From a bacterium (GTDB lineage Bacteria; Electryoneota; Electryoneia; Electryoneales; Electryoneaceae): a stretch of 64,000 bases of DNA. Made by a program: the position numbers and the translations under genes. This document shows positions 29,801 to 39,084 of this stretch, one piece after another. Each line of letters starts with the position of its first letter. Within the stretch, counting starts at the first letter, position 1. The notes beneath the pieces were generated by a model, which made no database searches, was not told the DNA's origin, and saw only the letters and a program-made list of their open reading frames with translations. The stretch is taken from assembly GCA_963675295.2 (NCBI GenBank), contig CAXXKJ010000002.1:352001-416000 (forward strand), written 5' to 3'.

Positions 29801-30266
29801 CGTTCAGCTCCACGATCCGGCTCTGGTGCGTGTCCAGCGGGGTCTGGCGTTCCACGAGGGAGGGTGGCACCACAATCAGCGCGTCGAAGTCGCGCGCGAT
29901 CATCCGTTCAAACGCCGCCGCGCGCTCATCAAACCGGTGATGCTGCTGCATCGGGTCGTACGGGATCGCGAAGTCGGGCGGCAGCAGCAGCGCACGGTCG
30001 TCTCCGAGCAGCGTGCGCAGGTCGTCGCGTGCTCGTTCGGCGGCTCGCATTTCCGGTGAAATCACCATCACCGGGCGTTTCAGGGCGTGCACCACGGACG
30101 CCGCGACCAGCATCGGCATCGACCCCGGCGCGCGGGCGAATTCGACGGACGATGGTGTTTCGGCGGTCAGTTGACGGTGCAGATCGAGCAGGGGGCGAGC
30201 ACTGAAAGCCTGCTCAAGCAGGCTGGTGAGGGTGTTCGCGCGTGTCGGCAGTGCGTTCGGGGTCAT
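26883..30266 (-). CDS. mfd: Transcription-repair coupling factor
   Basis: UvrB-homology region; CarD-like HEEFGIGRY; GDVGFGKT, DEEH, SATPIPRT, QLRGRIGRS; TRCF C-terminus. Confidence 0.97.
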   Translation of the reverse strand: MTPNALPTRANTLTSLLEQAFSARPLLDLHRQLTAETPSSVEFARAPGSMPMLVAASVVHALKRPVMVISPEMRAAERARDDLRTLLGDDRALLLPPDFAIPYDPMQQHHRFDERAAAFERMIARDFDALIVVPPSLVERQTPLDTHQSRIVELNVGDEIDREALTLILTEAGMRREVRVEDPGAFAVRGSVVDVFPPSADAPIRLELWGDEITEIREFDAATQRSLDKVEQLRFYAGERGAKKGRAGIWQLVPRNTVVMVDDEDALRAALDQHWEEIEYQYAKRKELELDRKTPEPDTLYHRPHAIFDGLSLRSKIVHRGLAAPTEGAINLGGVTHEAFLGDLDRVAGYLRAQADHRVQPYVMCDNERQVDRLTEMLEDRGGLGGPVRFGVAPLHNGFGWPDAHLAVLTDHEIFGRHKRTSPFRKRRRSFDASFFEDMKQGDLVVHEEFGIGRYLGPTKIKVRGNEQEVLQVEYRDGVKVYVRLDQFAKLQRYQGTEGEEPKLSKIGSGEWQRSRSKTQKAVEELAREILDIYAKRQLHGGFAFREDTPWQREMEAAFEFEDTPDQAVAAEEVKRDMEKQVAMDRLLVGDVGFGKTEVAVRAAFKALQDSKQVAVLVPTTILAQQHYATFVERLRRYPVKTEVLSRFRSAKDRKRVVQGLADGKVDLVIGTHRLLSKDIKFKDLGLLVVDEEHRFGVKAKEAIRKLRATVDVLSMSATPIPRTLHMALSGARDMSMISTPPQDRLPIETEIVPQDDRIVREAILREVARGGQVYYVHNRVETILNTKTKLESLLPHLKFAVGHGQMKEGELSTVMEDFLHEKYHVLICTMIIESGLDIPNVNTLLVDRADRFGLAQLYQLRGRIGRSHRQAYAYLLTPPRALLQTVSKRRLETIAEHTRLGSGFQIAMRDLEIRGAGNLLGPEQSGHINAVGFEMYTQMLSKAVRELGEETGAELPETPIPTADARDVKVDVALDAMLPTYYVPDAPERVDLYRRISRAQEPVDVETLADELRDRYGTLPPEAVTLLHIIRSQVLGARVGVEKVDLHETVAFITFRKDWGKGDFQGRIAVLIASTQNYPVELKGSGPLGLRLDLADCDDWEARWDRTQNLLRDLPLDAPAVMAEED

Positions 30267-30526
30267 TGTTTTCACAACTCCACAGCCCATGGATACGGTC
30301 GAGTCAGGGGGAAATGTTGGTCTCGACGCATGGATGGGCGCGGGTGAGTGTACGCGCATCGGGCATCATTTTGGAAACTCGAGGAGAGCATTTCCTGCAT
30401 CACGGGAGCCCATCCATCATAGTCCCGCCCTATCCCCCGACGGTCGTATAAAAAACCTTGCCTGTACAGACTACAGCCGCCTATAATGCAGACAACTACT
30501 GGGTTCCTCCTGGGTCACTGAAATAC

Positions 30527-33115
30527 ATGACACACACACGCACAACATCGTCCACCACCTACGGCAGGATCACCTCTGCCGTCGTTTTCCTTGTCACAGG
30601 CTTCGTCGCTTTGATTCTCGTCCTCTTTTTCATTCGCGAAACGTCGATGATCATCGCCTGGTCGTCGAGCGGTTTTGTTTTGTCCAGCATTGAAAACCAA
30701 AATCAGCCACCGATACGATTCTGGCAGGTAGATGCCGAGGACTTTCCGAACGGGCCCCGTCCAATTGCCAGCGACACCTTGCTCACCATGGACGGCGATT
30801 CTGCCTCCCTCAACCTGTGGATTGACTTGCTGGAGCGCCCGCACCCGCCGGGCAAACAGGTTCAAATGACCTATATCTCGGCGGGCGATACGTTGCACAC
30901 GGTGATCCAGTCCCGTCCCGTGCAGCGCAGCGACTTCATCGCCGTAGTGCTGGCACAATTCCTCAAGGGTTTGTTGATCCTGTCGTTCGTCGGGGTCGGT
31001 TTGTGGGCCTTGCCGCAACGTAAAAATTCGCCGGCCGTACGCATGTTCAGCCTGTACGCGCTTTCGATGGCAGGTTTCATGGGCTTGACCTACATGCCCA
31101 TGTTCCCCGAAATGGGTTCGTTTCAGGTTCCCGGTTACGATTTGCTGCGAACTCTGCTAACCACATTTTCTGCTGGCTTCGGCGGATTCTGGCTGGCCTT
31201 CAACCTGCGGTTTCCCCGTCCGCACGGCAAGCTGGGCCGTCGTCCAGCGCTTGCTTTGCTCGTCGCGATGTCCCCGTTGCTCGTGGTCATCATTCTCCAG
31301 TACGCCATTCCTGGAGGACTGGGTGTGTTTCTCGCGCCAGCGCTGGGTATTGTCTGGTGCAACCAGATCGGCTGGGGCTTGTACCTGCTTGCGCACCATC
31401 GCAAGCACGCCAAATCCATGCTCGAACGCCGTCAAACCTCGCTCGTCCTCTGGGGATCCGGTGTTGGCCTGATTCTGTTGCTGGCGCATCAGATGACAGT
31501 TCCGAGTGTATTCACCAATCTGCTCCGCCTCGCGCCGCTCGTACGAATGATGATCACGAACGGTGTATTCCTTGTGCTGCTGTTGTCACCGGTGACAGCG
31601 GTCTTTGCGCTCGGACGCTACCGCCTGCTCGAGGTCGAGGCTCGGTTGCGGCGCGGCATTCGCAATGCGCTCATCACCGTCGGCCTGATTGCCGCGTACG
31701 CCGGCATCATCGTCGTCGTCTGGATCTTCATCCTGGACGAGTTCGGCATTGATGGACGGACGCCATCCCTCGTTGTCGCGCTTGGATTGGCACTCGGTAT
31801 TGCACCGTTGCATGTTCGCATCCGCCGAATTGTTGACCGCATCACCTTCCCCGAACGGCAACGACTGGCGTCCATGGTCGAATCGTTGCCCGCCTGGTCG
31901 GGAACCTTGCCGGGTCCGTCCGCCATGTGCGACCGGTTCGTGCGCGAGCTGCGTGACAACCTCGGCGTCAGCTCGCTGGCATGCTACCTGTATGACGAGG
32001 AAAATAGCCCCGGCCACCTGGCGGCGCGAGCGAACGGCACACCCCAACCCGATTCATCACATTCGTCCGAAGTGTCGGAGACCGTTCCCGGCGACCATTT
32101 CATGCAGTTGTTCAGCACACGCAATCACCCGGTATTTGTCGACGAACTCCGCGCCCGCCGAACCAAGGTGCTGGACGAACAGGACTGGCGTTGGCTGAAA
32201 CAAAGCGGCATCGTCATGCTGCTGCCCTTGCAGGGGTCAAGCCGTGTGATCGGCTTCCTCGCCAGCGGCCGGAAGCAGAATCACGACGATTTCCATCACG
32301 AAGAGGTTCACCTTCTTGGCCAGCTCGCCGACCGTGCGGGCCTGGCACTGGAAAACCAGCGGCTGCTGCAGGACAACCTTGACAAGCAGCGCATGGAACA
32401 CGACCTGCTGTTCGCGCGGGACGTGCAGATGCGGCTGCTGCCGTTGGATCTACCGAAGGTGGAGGGTCTCGATGTCGCCGCGCGAGTCAGCTTCAGCACC
32501 GAGATGGCAGGGGACTACTACGACGTGCTCACACTGCCGGATGGCCGCACAGCGTTCGCAGTCGCGGATGTTTCCGGCAAGGGGGCGGGTGCGGCGCTGC
32601 TGATGGCGAATTTGCAGGCGTCCTTCCGCGCGTTCAGCAGCATCGGGCTCGAGCTGGCACGGATGACCGCCGAGATCAACCGCATGATCCACGCGAACAC
32701 ATCCGCCGAAGCCTACATCACCTTTTTCGCGTGTGTGTACGACCCACGCGGCCGGGTGCTGACCTACGTTGACGCCGGCCACAACCCGCCAATGTTCCAC
32801 CGTCCAGGCGAACCGTTACGCATGCTGGACGAGGGTGGGCTGGTGCTGGGCGTGTTGCCGGATGCGGTCTACGAGGAGCGCACGCTGCAGCTGCAACCCG
32901 GCGACCGGCTGTTGATCTACACGGACGGTCTCAGCGAGGCGTCCAACGGCGAGGACGAAGAGTACGGCGACAAACGCGTCGCGGAGTTTTTCCAGTCGCA
33001 GCCGTCCGCGTCCGCCGATCAGACCTTGGACGAGTTGCTCGCGGATGTCCACCGGTTCAGCGGCGGAGGGTCCATGGACGACGACACCACCGCCCTCCTG
33101 ATCCAGGTGACGTAA
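30527..33115 (+). CDS. Membrane sensor PP2C/SpoIIE (RsbU-like) phosphatase with GAF domain
   Basis: Multiple TM helices; GAF-like region; GDYYD, DVSGKG, AGHNPP, YTDG, DDTT. Confidence 0.9.
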   Translation: MTHTRTTSSTTYGRITSAVVFLVTGFVALILVLFFIRETSMIIAWSSSGFVLSSIENQNQPPIRFWQVDAEDFPNGPRPIASDTLLTMDGDSASLNLWIDLLERPHPPGKQVQMTYISAGDTLHTVIQSRPVQRSDFIAVVLAQFLKGLLILSFVGVGLWALPQRKNSPAVRMFSLYALSMAGFMGLTYMPMFPEMGSFQVPGYDLLRTLLTTFSAGFGGFWLAFNLRFPRPHGKLGRRPALALLVAMSPLLVVIILQYAIPGGLGVFLAPALGIVWCNQIGWGLYLLAHHRKHAKSMLERRQTSLVLWGSGVGLILLLAHQMTVPSVFTNLLRLAPLVRMMITNGVFLVLLLSPVTAVFALGRYRLLEVEARLRRGIRNALITVGLIAAYAGIIVVVWIFILDEFGIDGRTPSLVVALGLALGIAPLHVRIRRIVDRITFPERQRLASMVESLPAWSGTLPGPSAMCDRFVRELRDNLGVSSLACYLYDEENSPGHLAARANGTPQPDSSHSSEVSETVPGDHFMQLFSTRNHPVFVDELRARRTKVLDEQDWRWLKQSGIVMLLPLQGSSRVIGFLASGRKQNHDDFHHEEVHLLGQLADRAGLALENQRLLQDNLDKQRMEHDLLFARDVQMRLLPLDLPKVEGLDVAARVSFSTEMAGDYYDVLTLPDGRTAFAVADVSGKGAGAALLMANLQASFRAFSSIGLELARMTAEINRMIHANTSAEAYITFFACVYDPRGRVLTYVDAGHNPPMFHRPGEPLRMLDEGGLVLGVLPDAVYEERTLQLQPGDRLLIYTDGLSEASNGEDEEYGDKRVAEFFQSQPSASADQTLDELLADVHRFSGGGSMDDDTTALLIQVT

Positions 33116-33130
33116 CCCTATCCGAATGAC

Positions 33131-33267
33131 GTGCCCCAGACATTCATGTCTGGGATTCGTGAATGGTTCAGGAAATCATCCTGAGCGCAGCGACGTTTTT
33201 TTCTTTTCCTGTCTGTTCCTGTCTTTTGCATCTGTTGCGTCTTTTGCTTCTCTTGCTTCCGTTGCCT
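33131..33267 (+). repeat. Family-B hairpin, partial ATCCTGAGCGCAGCG element and 9-mer tract (TCTTTTGCN)
   Basis: GTGCCCCAGACATTCATGTCTGGG at 33131; TCTTTTGCA-TCTGTTGCG-TCTTTTGCT-TCTCTTGCT-TCCGTTGCC. Confidence 0.75.
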
Positions 33268-33273
33268 GTTTTC

Positions 33274-33789
33274 TCACACTCCCCAGAACTGAATCACCAC
33301 ATCCCGTGTCCGTTGACGGTTGTCCCAATCAACCAGGACAATCTGTTGCCACGTGCCCAGCGTCAACCGTCCCTGGGTGAACGGAACCGTCAATGATGGC
33401 CCGACCGTCGAGGCGCGCACGTGGCTGTGACCGTTCCCGTCGTGCCACGTTTTGTCGTGTTCGTAAGGGATATCACGCGGCATGATCCGGTCGAACGCCG
33501 CAGGGAAATCCTGTTTCAAACCGTGTTCGAATTCGATCGTCGTCAGGGACGCCGTCGAGCCGGGGACAAACAGGACCACCTGTCCGTCGTGCATGCCGAG
33601 GGAATTCAGCAGACGGGTGACTTCCGGCGTCAGGTCGAGCATGTCGCCGTGCCCCTTGCTAGTCACCGGCACGGATCGTGTCGCAATCTGGATCTGTTGC
33701 CCATGCTGCGGGGGGTGCAGGCCGGGGATCGGTGGCGGAACCTGCCCGCCGTCCGGGCCTGGAGGTTTACCGGCTTTGTTCATCGTCAC
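33274..33789 (-). CDS. yjbQ: YjbQ/UPF0047 family protein
   Basis: GSTASLTTIE, NGHSHVRA, LGTWQQIVLVDWD. Confidence 0.88.
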   Translation of the reverse strand: MTMNKAGKPPGPDGGQVPPPIPGLHPPQHGQQIQIATRSVPVTSKGHGDMLDLTPEVTRLLNSLGMHDGQVVLFVPGSTASLTTIEFEHGLKQDFPAAFDRIMPRDIPYEHDKTWHDGNGHSHVRASTVGPSLTVPFTQGRLTLGTWQQIVLVDWDNRQRTRDVVIQFWGV

Positions 33790-33835
33790 CTTTCCGGTTG
33801 GTTATCTTCGTCGGATCAGTCCCCAATCAACGAGG

Positions 33836-35512
33836 ATGCAAGTGTTCACCAAGGTACAACAGCGGCTGCATCAATTCGAACGACCGATCGTCGGGATCGC
33901 CCTCACGGTGATCGTGCTATCGCTTGCCGGCCACATCCTCACCGCGCCGCTCGACCATGACGAACACATGTACCTCACCGCCGCCTCGCTGCTGGACGAT
34001 CACAGCATCTACAGCGACTTCAGCTACTTCCAGACACCGTTGATGCCGTATGTCTACAACGCCGCTCTCGCACTCCCCGGCGGCAACTCCATCCTGTTGA
34101 CCGCCAGACTGGTCAAGGTCGCCCTCGCCGCGCTGCTGGTGCTGGCGGTGTACGGCCTGTTGAAACGCCTCACCGCCAGCCGCTGGATCGCGCTGGGGTT
34201 GCTGCTGTTTTTCGTGCACAACGACGTCCTGCGTTTCACCCTCGCTCTCGCACGCAACTATGATCTGCCGCTGTTGCTGACCGTTCTCGCGGTTTGGTTA
34301 CTGGCAACGCCCCCGGCACGGCTCACTCGGTTGCATGCTTTCGCGCCGGTGGTGCTGGCGGGCATGTTGGCCACCCTGTGCGTAGGCTTCAAGCTGACCT
34401 ACGCCGTGGTGCCGCTTGCGTTGGGGGCGGCGTTGCTGGTTTCACATCGGCCACGGATCACCACCCTGAAACAGGTCGGCGGGTTCATCGCCGGAGGCCT
34501 GGTCGGATTGCTCCCGTTGCTGGCGATCTTTCTCGCCACACCTCGCGACCTGTTCCTGTTCAACAACCTCGGCTACCACGACCTCAACACGCTCTGGCGT
34601 CTCGAGCACGAACCCCTCGCCACCATGACCCTCGGCGGCAAACTGACCGCGCTGGCCAGCGAGCTGTCCGACAACAACAGCCTCGCGTTGCTGCTGGTCA
34701 TCTTGACGGCTGGCATACTGCTCAGCCTTCGCGTCAGACAGGATGCCCGCGGGGCAGAAGGTGCTGCTGCGGCTCATCCGTCTGCCGAACGTACCGACAA
34801 TCTTGCCCGTGTTGGCTCAGCCAACGCGGTTCACCCGTCCGCCGAATCAACCGACAATCTTGCCCGCGCTGGCTCGGTCAACGCGACTCATCCACCGTTG
34901 ATCATCCCGTTGGTCCTCGCCGGCCTGACGATGGTCCTGGTCCCGACACCTTCCCTGACCAGCTATAACTCCCTGTTGATCGTCTCGCTGGTCCTCGCCG
35001 CTGCGATGCTGTTCAGCCGCCTCAACGGGCGCTCCCGTCGTTACACCGGCACCGCGATCCTCCTCATCGCCGCCGTGATGATCGTCTCCAACCTTCCCCG
35101 CGATTGGCGCAACCTCGCGGCAGTTGCTCAACCAGACCGTTGGACCGGCGTTCAGCTCCACCGTCAGGCACGGGCGTTACACGACCAAATCCCACCCGGC
35201 GAACGGGACAAACCGGTCTTTACCTTATCGCCGTTGTACGCCCTTGAGGCCGGGTTGCCGGTCTATCCCGAGCTGTCGGCGGGAGTCTTCGGCTATCGCG
35301 TCGCGGAGTATCTGTCTGAGCAGGATGCCGAAGGCTTTCGCCTCGTATCTCCGCTCACAGTTGACAGTTTCCTGAATAGGACTCCGCCATCCTTGCTGCT
35401 GACTGGTTTCGAGGGAGAACTAGAGAGGGGAATTGACGAGTGGGCGACATCGCACGGCTACGTGGAGAACCGCACCTTGATCCCCGCCGCAACGATCTAC
35501 CTCGCACCGTAG
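33836..35512 (+). CDS. Polytopic membrane protein, GT-C (ArnT/PMT-like) glycosyltransferase candidate
   Basis: DHDE after the first TM helix, YSDF...TPL, many TM helices. Carries an in-frame repeat-derived insert. Confidence 0.65.
   Translation: MQVFTKVQQRLHQFERPIVGIALTVIVLSLAGHILTAPLDHDEHMYLTAASLLDDHSIYSDFSYFQTPLMPYVYNAALALPGGNSILLTARLVKVALAALLVLAVYGLLKRLTASRWIALGLLLFFVHNDVLRFTLALARNYDLPLLLTVLAVWLLATPPARLTRLHAFAPVVLAGMLATLCVGFKLTYAVVPLALGAALLVSHRPRITTLKQVGGFIAGGLVGLLPLLAIFLATPRDLFLFNNLGYHDLNTLWRLEHEPLATMTLGGKLTALASELSDNNSLALLLVILTAGILLSLRVRQDARGAEGAAAAHPSAERTDNLARVGSANAVHPSAESTDNLARAGSVNATHPPLIIPLVLAGLTMVLVPTPSLTSYNSLLIVSLVLAAAMLFSRLNGRSRRYTGTAILLIAAVMIVSNLPRDWRNLAAVAQPDRWTGVQLHRQARALHDQIPPGERDKPVFTLSPLYALEAGLPVYPELSAGVFGYRVAEYLSEQDAEGFRLVSPLTVDSFLNRTPPSLLLTGFEGELERGIDEWATSHGYVENRTLIPAATIYLAP
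34743..34893 (+). repeat. Three REP-like units inside the coding frame
   Basis: ATGCCCGCGG...CTGCGGCTCATCC plus two TTGCCCG(T/C)G(T/C)TGGCTC...AACGCG units 57 bp apart. Confidence 0.85.
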
Positions 35513-35516
35513 CTAC

Positions 35517-35775
35517 GTGCCCCTGATGGCTCCGCCAGCAGGGCTTATCCGCCGGTCATCGAATCGATTCTTGCCCGTGTTGGCTCTGACAACGCGGTTT
35601 ATCCGTCTGCTGAGTACACAACGGTAAACCATGCCCGCGACATTCATGTCTGGATTGGTAGGGTGGCCCGGAGCTTTAGACTCGGGTCTCACATGAAATA
35701 ATAAGAAACCCGGGTTTGAAAACCCGGGCCTCCCAAGTTCTTGTCCGTGTTGGCTTTGCCAACGCGTGTTTTCAT
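35517..35775 (+). repeat. Cluster of 4 REP-like hairpins
   Basis: Units at 35517 (A), 35571 (G), 35631 (B/C hybrid) and 35741 (G). Confidence 0.85.
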
Positions 35776-35790
35776 GAATACCTATCGGGC

Positions 35791-37461
35791 TTACTCCCCC
35801 CACGGTTCATCCCTCGGAATCACCAGCCCGTTCTTCTTCGCCGTGTCGCGCGCGATATCGTAGCCGGCGTCGGCGTGACGGATGACGCCGATCCCCGGAT
35901 CGTTGGTCAGGACGCGCAGCAAACGGCTCGCCGCCGCGGGCGAACCGTCCGCGACAATCACCTGCCCGGCGTGGAGGGCGTAGCCCATGCCGACCCCGCC
36001 GCCGTGGTGGAACGACACCCAGCTCGCGCCGGAGGCGGTGTTCAGCAACGCGTTCAGGATCGGCCAATCGGCGACTGCGTCGGTGCCGTCCTTCATCGCT
36101 TCGGTTTCACGGTTCGGGCTGGCGACGGAGCCTGTATCCAAATGGTCGCGTCCGATCACAATCGGCGCGCTGACCTTGCCGGTGCGTACCAGTTCGTTGA
36201 ACAGCAGGCCGGCTTTCGCACGGTCACCTTGTCCCAGCCAGCAGATCCGGCACGGCAGCCCTTGGAAGTGGACTTTTTCCTGCGCCATGTCGATCCAGCG
36301 GTTCAACGCTTCGTCGTGCGGGAACAGTTCCTTGATCGCGGCGTCGGTGGTGTGGATGTCCTTCGGGTCGCCGGAGATCGCGCACCAGCGGAACGGGCCT
36401 TTGCCTTCGCAGAACAGGTCCCGGATGTACGCCGGCACAAACCCTGGGAACGCGAACGCTTCTTCGTAGCCCATCCGTTCCGCCTGCCCGCGCAGATTGT
36501 TGCCGTAGTCAAATGCCACCGCGCCCTGCTTCTGCATCTCGACCATCGCCCGGCAATGGACCACCATCGACTCCATCGCCCGCTTCTTGTACTCGACGGA
36601 ATCGCTTTCCCGGAGCTTCAATGCGTCTTCGTACGGCATCCCGTGCGGGACGTAGCCGTACAGCTCGTCGTGCGCGGAGGTCTGGTCGGTGACGATATCC
36701 GGGATGAAGCCCTTGTCCAGCATTTCCGGCAACACGTCGGCGCAATTCCCGAGCAGCCCGATGCTCAGCGGCTTACCGGCGGCTTTCGCTTCCTGCGCCA
36801 GCTTGATCGCTTCGTCAACGCTGTCGGTGGACGTATCCATGTACTTGTGATCGATCCGCCGCTGGATCCGGGCCGGGTCGACTTCGACGCAAATCGCCAC
36901 ACCTTCGTTGAACGTGACCGCCAACGGCTGCGCGCCACCCATCCCGCCGAGGCCGCCGGTGAGGGTGATCGTGCCCTGCAGCGACGGCTTGTTCCAGTGC
37001 TTCTTTGCCAGCGCGGCGAAGGTTTCGTACGTGCCCTGCAGAATGCCCTGCGTGCCGATGTAGATCCACGAGCCCGCCGTCATCTGGCCGTACATCATCA
37101 GGCCCTTTTTCTCGAGCTCGTCGAAGTGTTCCCAGTTCGCCCAGCGTCCGACGAGGTTCGAGTTGGCGATCAGCACCCGCGGTGCGTGTTCATGCGTCGT
37201 GAACACACCCACCGGTCGCCCGGACTGGACGAGCAGCGTCTGGTCGTTTTCGAGGCGTTCCAGTTCCCGGATGATGTAGTTGACATCGTCCCACGTGCGC
37301 GCCGCTTTCCCACGTCCGCCGTAGACAATCAGCTGTTCCGGCAGTTCGGCGTTGTCCGGCATCAGGTTGTGCAGCAGCATCCGTTTCGCGGCTTCCTGGA
37401 TCCAGCCTTTGCAGGTTCGCGTGGTTCCGGTGGGGGCGGTGACAGGGTGTTGGTAACGCAT
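35791..37461 (-). CDS. hutU: Urocanate hydratase
   Basis: [48 protein letters not shown]. Confidence 0.97.
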   Translation of the reverse strand: MRYQHPVTAPTGTTRTCKGWIQEAAKRMLLHNLMPDNAELPEQLIVYGGRGKAARTWDDVNYIIRELERLENDQTLLVQSGRPVGVFTTHEHAPRVLIANSNLVGRWANWEHFDELEKKGLMMYGQMTAGSWIYIGTQGILQGTYETFAALAKKHWNKPSLQGTITLTGGLGGMGGAQPLAVTFNEGVAICVEVDPARIQRRIDHKYMDTSTDSVDEAIKLAQEAKAAGKPLSIGLLGNCADVLPEMLDKGFIPDIVTDQTSAHDELYGYVPHGMPYEDALKLRESDSVEYKKRAMESMVVHCRAMVEMQKQGAVAFDYGNNLRGQAERMGYEEAFAFPGFVPAYIRDLFCEGKGPFRWCAISGDPKDIHTTDAAIKELFPHDEALNRWIDMAQEKVHFQGLPCRICWLGQGDRAKAGLLFNELVRTGKVSAPIVIGRDHLDTGSVASPNRETEAMKDGTDAVADWPILNALLNTASGASWVSFHHGGGVGMGYALHAGQVIVADGSPAAASRLLRVLTNDPGIGVIRHADAGYDIARDTAKKNGLVIPRDEPWGE

Positions 37462-37873
37462 GGCGACGGCCTCATGGTTTGCGCGGAACAATGGGCGATT
37501 GGGACACTTACTCCCGTAAGTGTCCCTGAGGGTTGGTTCTACGGGACACGTTGGGGACAAGGCGTCCTTGTTGGATCGGGTCCATTCCGCGCGTGATTGT
37601 TGTGAAGTTGATCGCAAGGTAGGGAGTGAAGGATAGGGCGGCAAGAGAACGGGAAACCTCCCGTCGTTACCACAGCAGGAAATCTCGTTTCATGGAATCC
37701 GAACAGTGGAACTGTTTGGTTATCGAGTGGTGCAAAAAGGTAGGTAATAGATAAATGAGAGGCTCGGTATTGACTTATCAAAAGAATTATTTTATGATTA
37801 AGACAGTGTTGGATGTGTTTTCTGAGGCCAATCATATGGCTTCTGGAGCACTCTGCTCTCTCAAGTTGATTGG

Positions 37874-37902
37874 TTGACAATGCTTGGCCATTAGGATATA
37901 TT
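37874..37902 (+). promoter_or_regulatory. sigma70-type promoter
   Basis: TTGACA (37874-79), 17-bp spacer, TATATT (37897-902). Confidence 0.75.
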
Positions 37903-37908
37903 CAGCTG

Positions 37909-37966
37909 ATAGCAAACCTGCCAGGCCTCTGCCGTAAGGCATGCACACTTGGTGGGTCTTTTTTTT
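37909..37966 (+). ncRNA. Structured leader RNA upstream of the Abi gene (abiF-motif-like, candidate antitoxin)
   Basis: Outer stem ACCTGCCAG/TTGGTGGGT, inner TGCC-GTAA-GGCA tetraloop hairpin, then T8. Lies between the promoter and the Abi CDS. Confidence 0.55.
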
Positions 37967-37982
37967 CCGAATTGTGAAGGTG

Positions 37983-38933
37983 ATGGGGGGTATCGCCTTG
38001 AACAATGGTGTCGCGGGTTCTGTTGGCTCGGAAACTTTGCTGCAGGTGAATGATCAGGCCGATCTGCTACTGCAGCGGGGGATGGTTGCTAACCCATCAA
38101 CCCTGATCCAACGCCTTGAAGTTGTCAGTTATTACCGTCTACGTGCCTGTTGGCACCCCTACCTGCAGCCGATCAACACGTCCGATCCTCAACGGAACCG
38201 TCCCTTCAAACCGGGTACAAGCTTCACTGAAGTTTGGACACGCTATGTCTTTGACCGGCATCTGCGTTTGATGGCGATTGACGCTATCGAGCGAGTGGAA
38301 GTTGCGTTGCGCAGCTCTCTCGCCCGCACACATGGCGAAAAGTATGGCGCGCTCGGGTACACACGTCCCTCTCGCTCTCTTCCGAACATGCCGCCGAAGT
38401 ATCGCAGGAAATTTCTCAAGGATATCCGGCGCGAATTTCAGCGCAGCCGAAACCCCTACGTTCAAATGGCAGCGAAAGAAAATGTGCATCCACCGGTCTG
38501 GATGGCGGTTGAGCTGATGAGTCTGGGTACGTTACTCAGCTTTTACAAGGGATTGACCAACAAGATGCAGCGCAAGGTGGCGGAGAAGTTCGGCGTTCAT
38601 CACGTTGTGCTGGAATCCTGGCTGACATCGTTGCTCACGGTACGCAACATCTGTGCGCACCATGGCAGGTTGTGGAACAGCGTTATGGGTACCCGGCCGA
38701 TGATCCCGAAAAAAGCAACCGAGTGGCATCTTCCGGTTGAAACCGATACCGACCGGGTTTTCTCGATCTTCACCATCCTGAAGTACTTGATGAACCGTGT
38801 TGCTCCGCAGAGTCACTGGCCATCCCGATTTTCCGGCCTGCTCCGGAAATACCCGTCAATTCCACTTGGCAGCATGGGATTCCCATCCGACTGGAAACGT
38901 TGTCCAATCTGGGCATACAAGAAAGCCGCGTAG
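37983..38933 (+). CDS. Abi_2 (AbiD/AbiF) family HEPN ribonuclease; start uncertain
   Basis: QADLLLQRG, VSYYRL, YVFDRHLR, IERVEVALRS, PVWMAVELMSLG; HEPN RxxxxH in VRNICAHHGRLWN. Confidence 0.88.
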   Translation: MGGIALNNGVAGSVGSETLLQVNDQADLLLQRGMVANPSTLIQRLEVVSYYRLRACWHPYLQPINTSDPQRNRPFKPGTSFTEVWTRYVFDRHLRLMAIDAIERVEVALRSSLARTHGEKYGALGYTRPSRSLPNMPPKYRRKFLKDIRREFQRSRNPYVQMAAKENVHPPVWMAVELMSLGTLLSFYKGLTNKMQRKVAEKFGVHHVVLESWLTSLLTVRNICAHHGRLWNSVMGTRPMIPKKATEWHLPVETDTDRVFSIFTILKYLMNRVAPQSHWPSRFSGLLRKYPSIPLGSMGFPSDWKRCPIWAYKKAA

Positions 38934-38942
38934 TCGCATCTC

Positions 38943-38988
38943 AAAAATGCCCCTGTGAACCGGCGTCAGCCGAATCGCAGGGGTCATT
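38943..38988. terminator. Hairpin between convergent genes
   Basis: A5, then CCCCTGTGA...CGGC-GTCA-GCCG...TCGCAGGGG. Confidence 0.55.
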
Positions 38989-39037
38989 CGAGAGATCAAT
39001 ATCAACCAATATGTCACCGCCCCGGTCCTCACCTCCC

Positions 39038-39081
39038 GCGAGACCAGAGACGAGAGACTAGAGACGAGGGACGAGAGACTG
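39038..39081. repeat. GAGACNA heptamer tract
   Basis: GAGACCA-GAGACGA-GAGACTA-GAGACGA-GGGACGA-GAGACT. Confidence 0.85.
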
Positions 39082-39084
39082 TCC

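Noticed and set aside
37941-37982. ATG at 37941 as the Abi start
   Set aside because: It lies inside the leader hairpin, upstream of the T-run. Family-like sequence begins further downstream.
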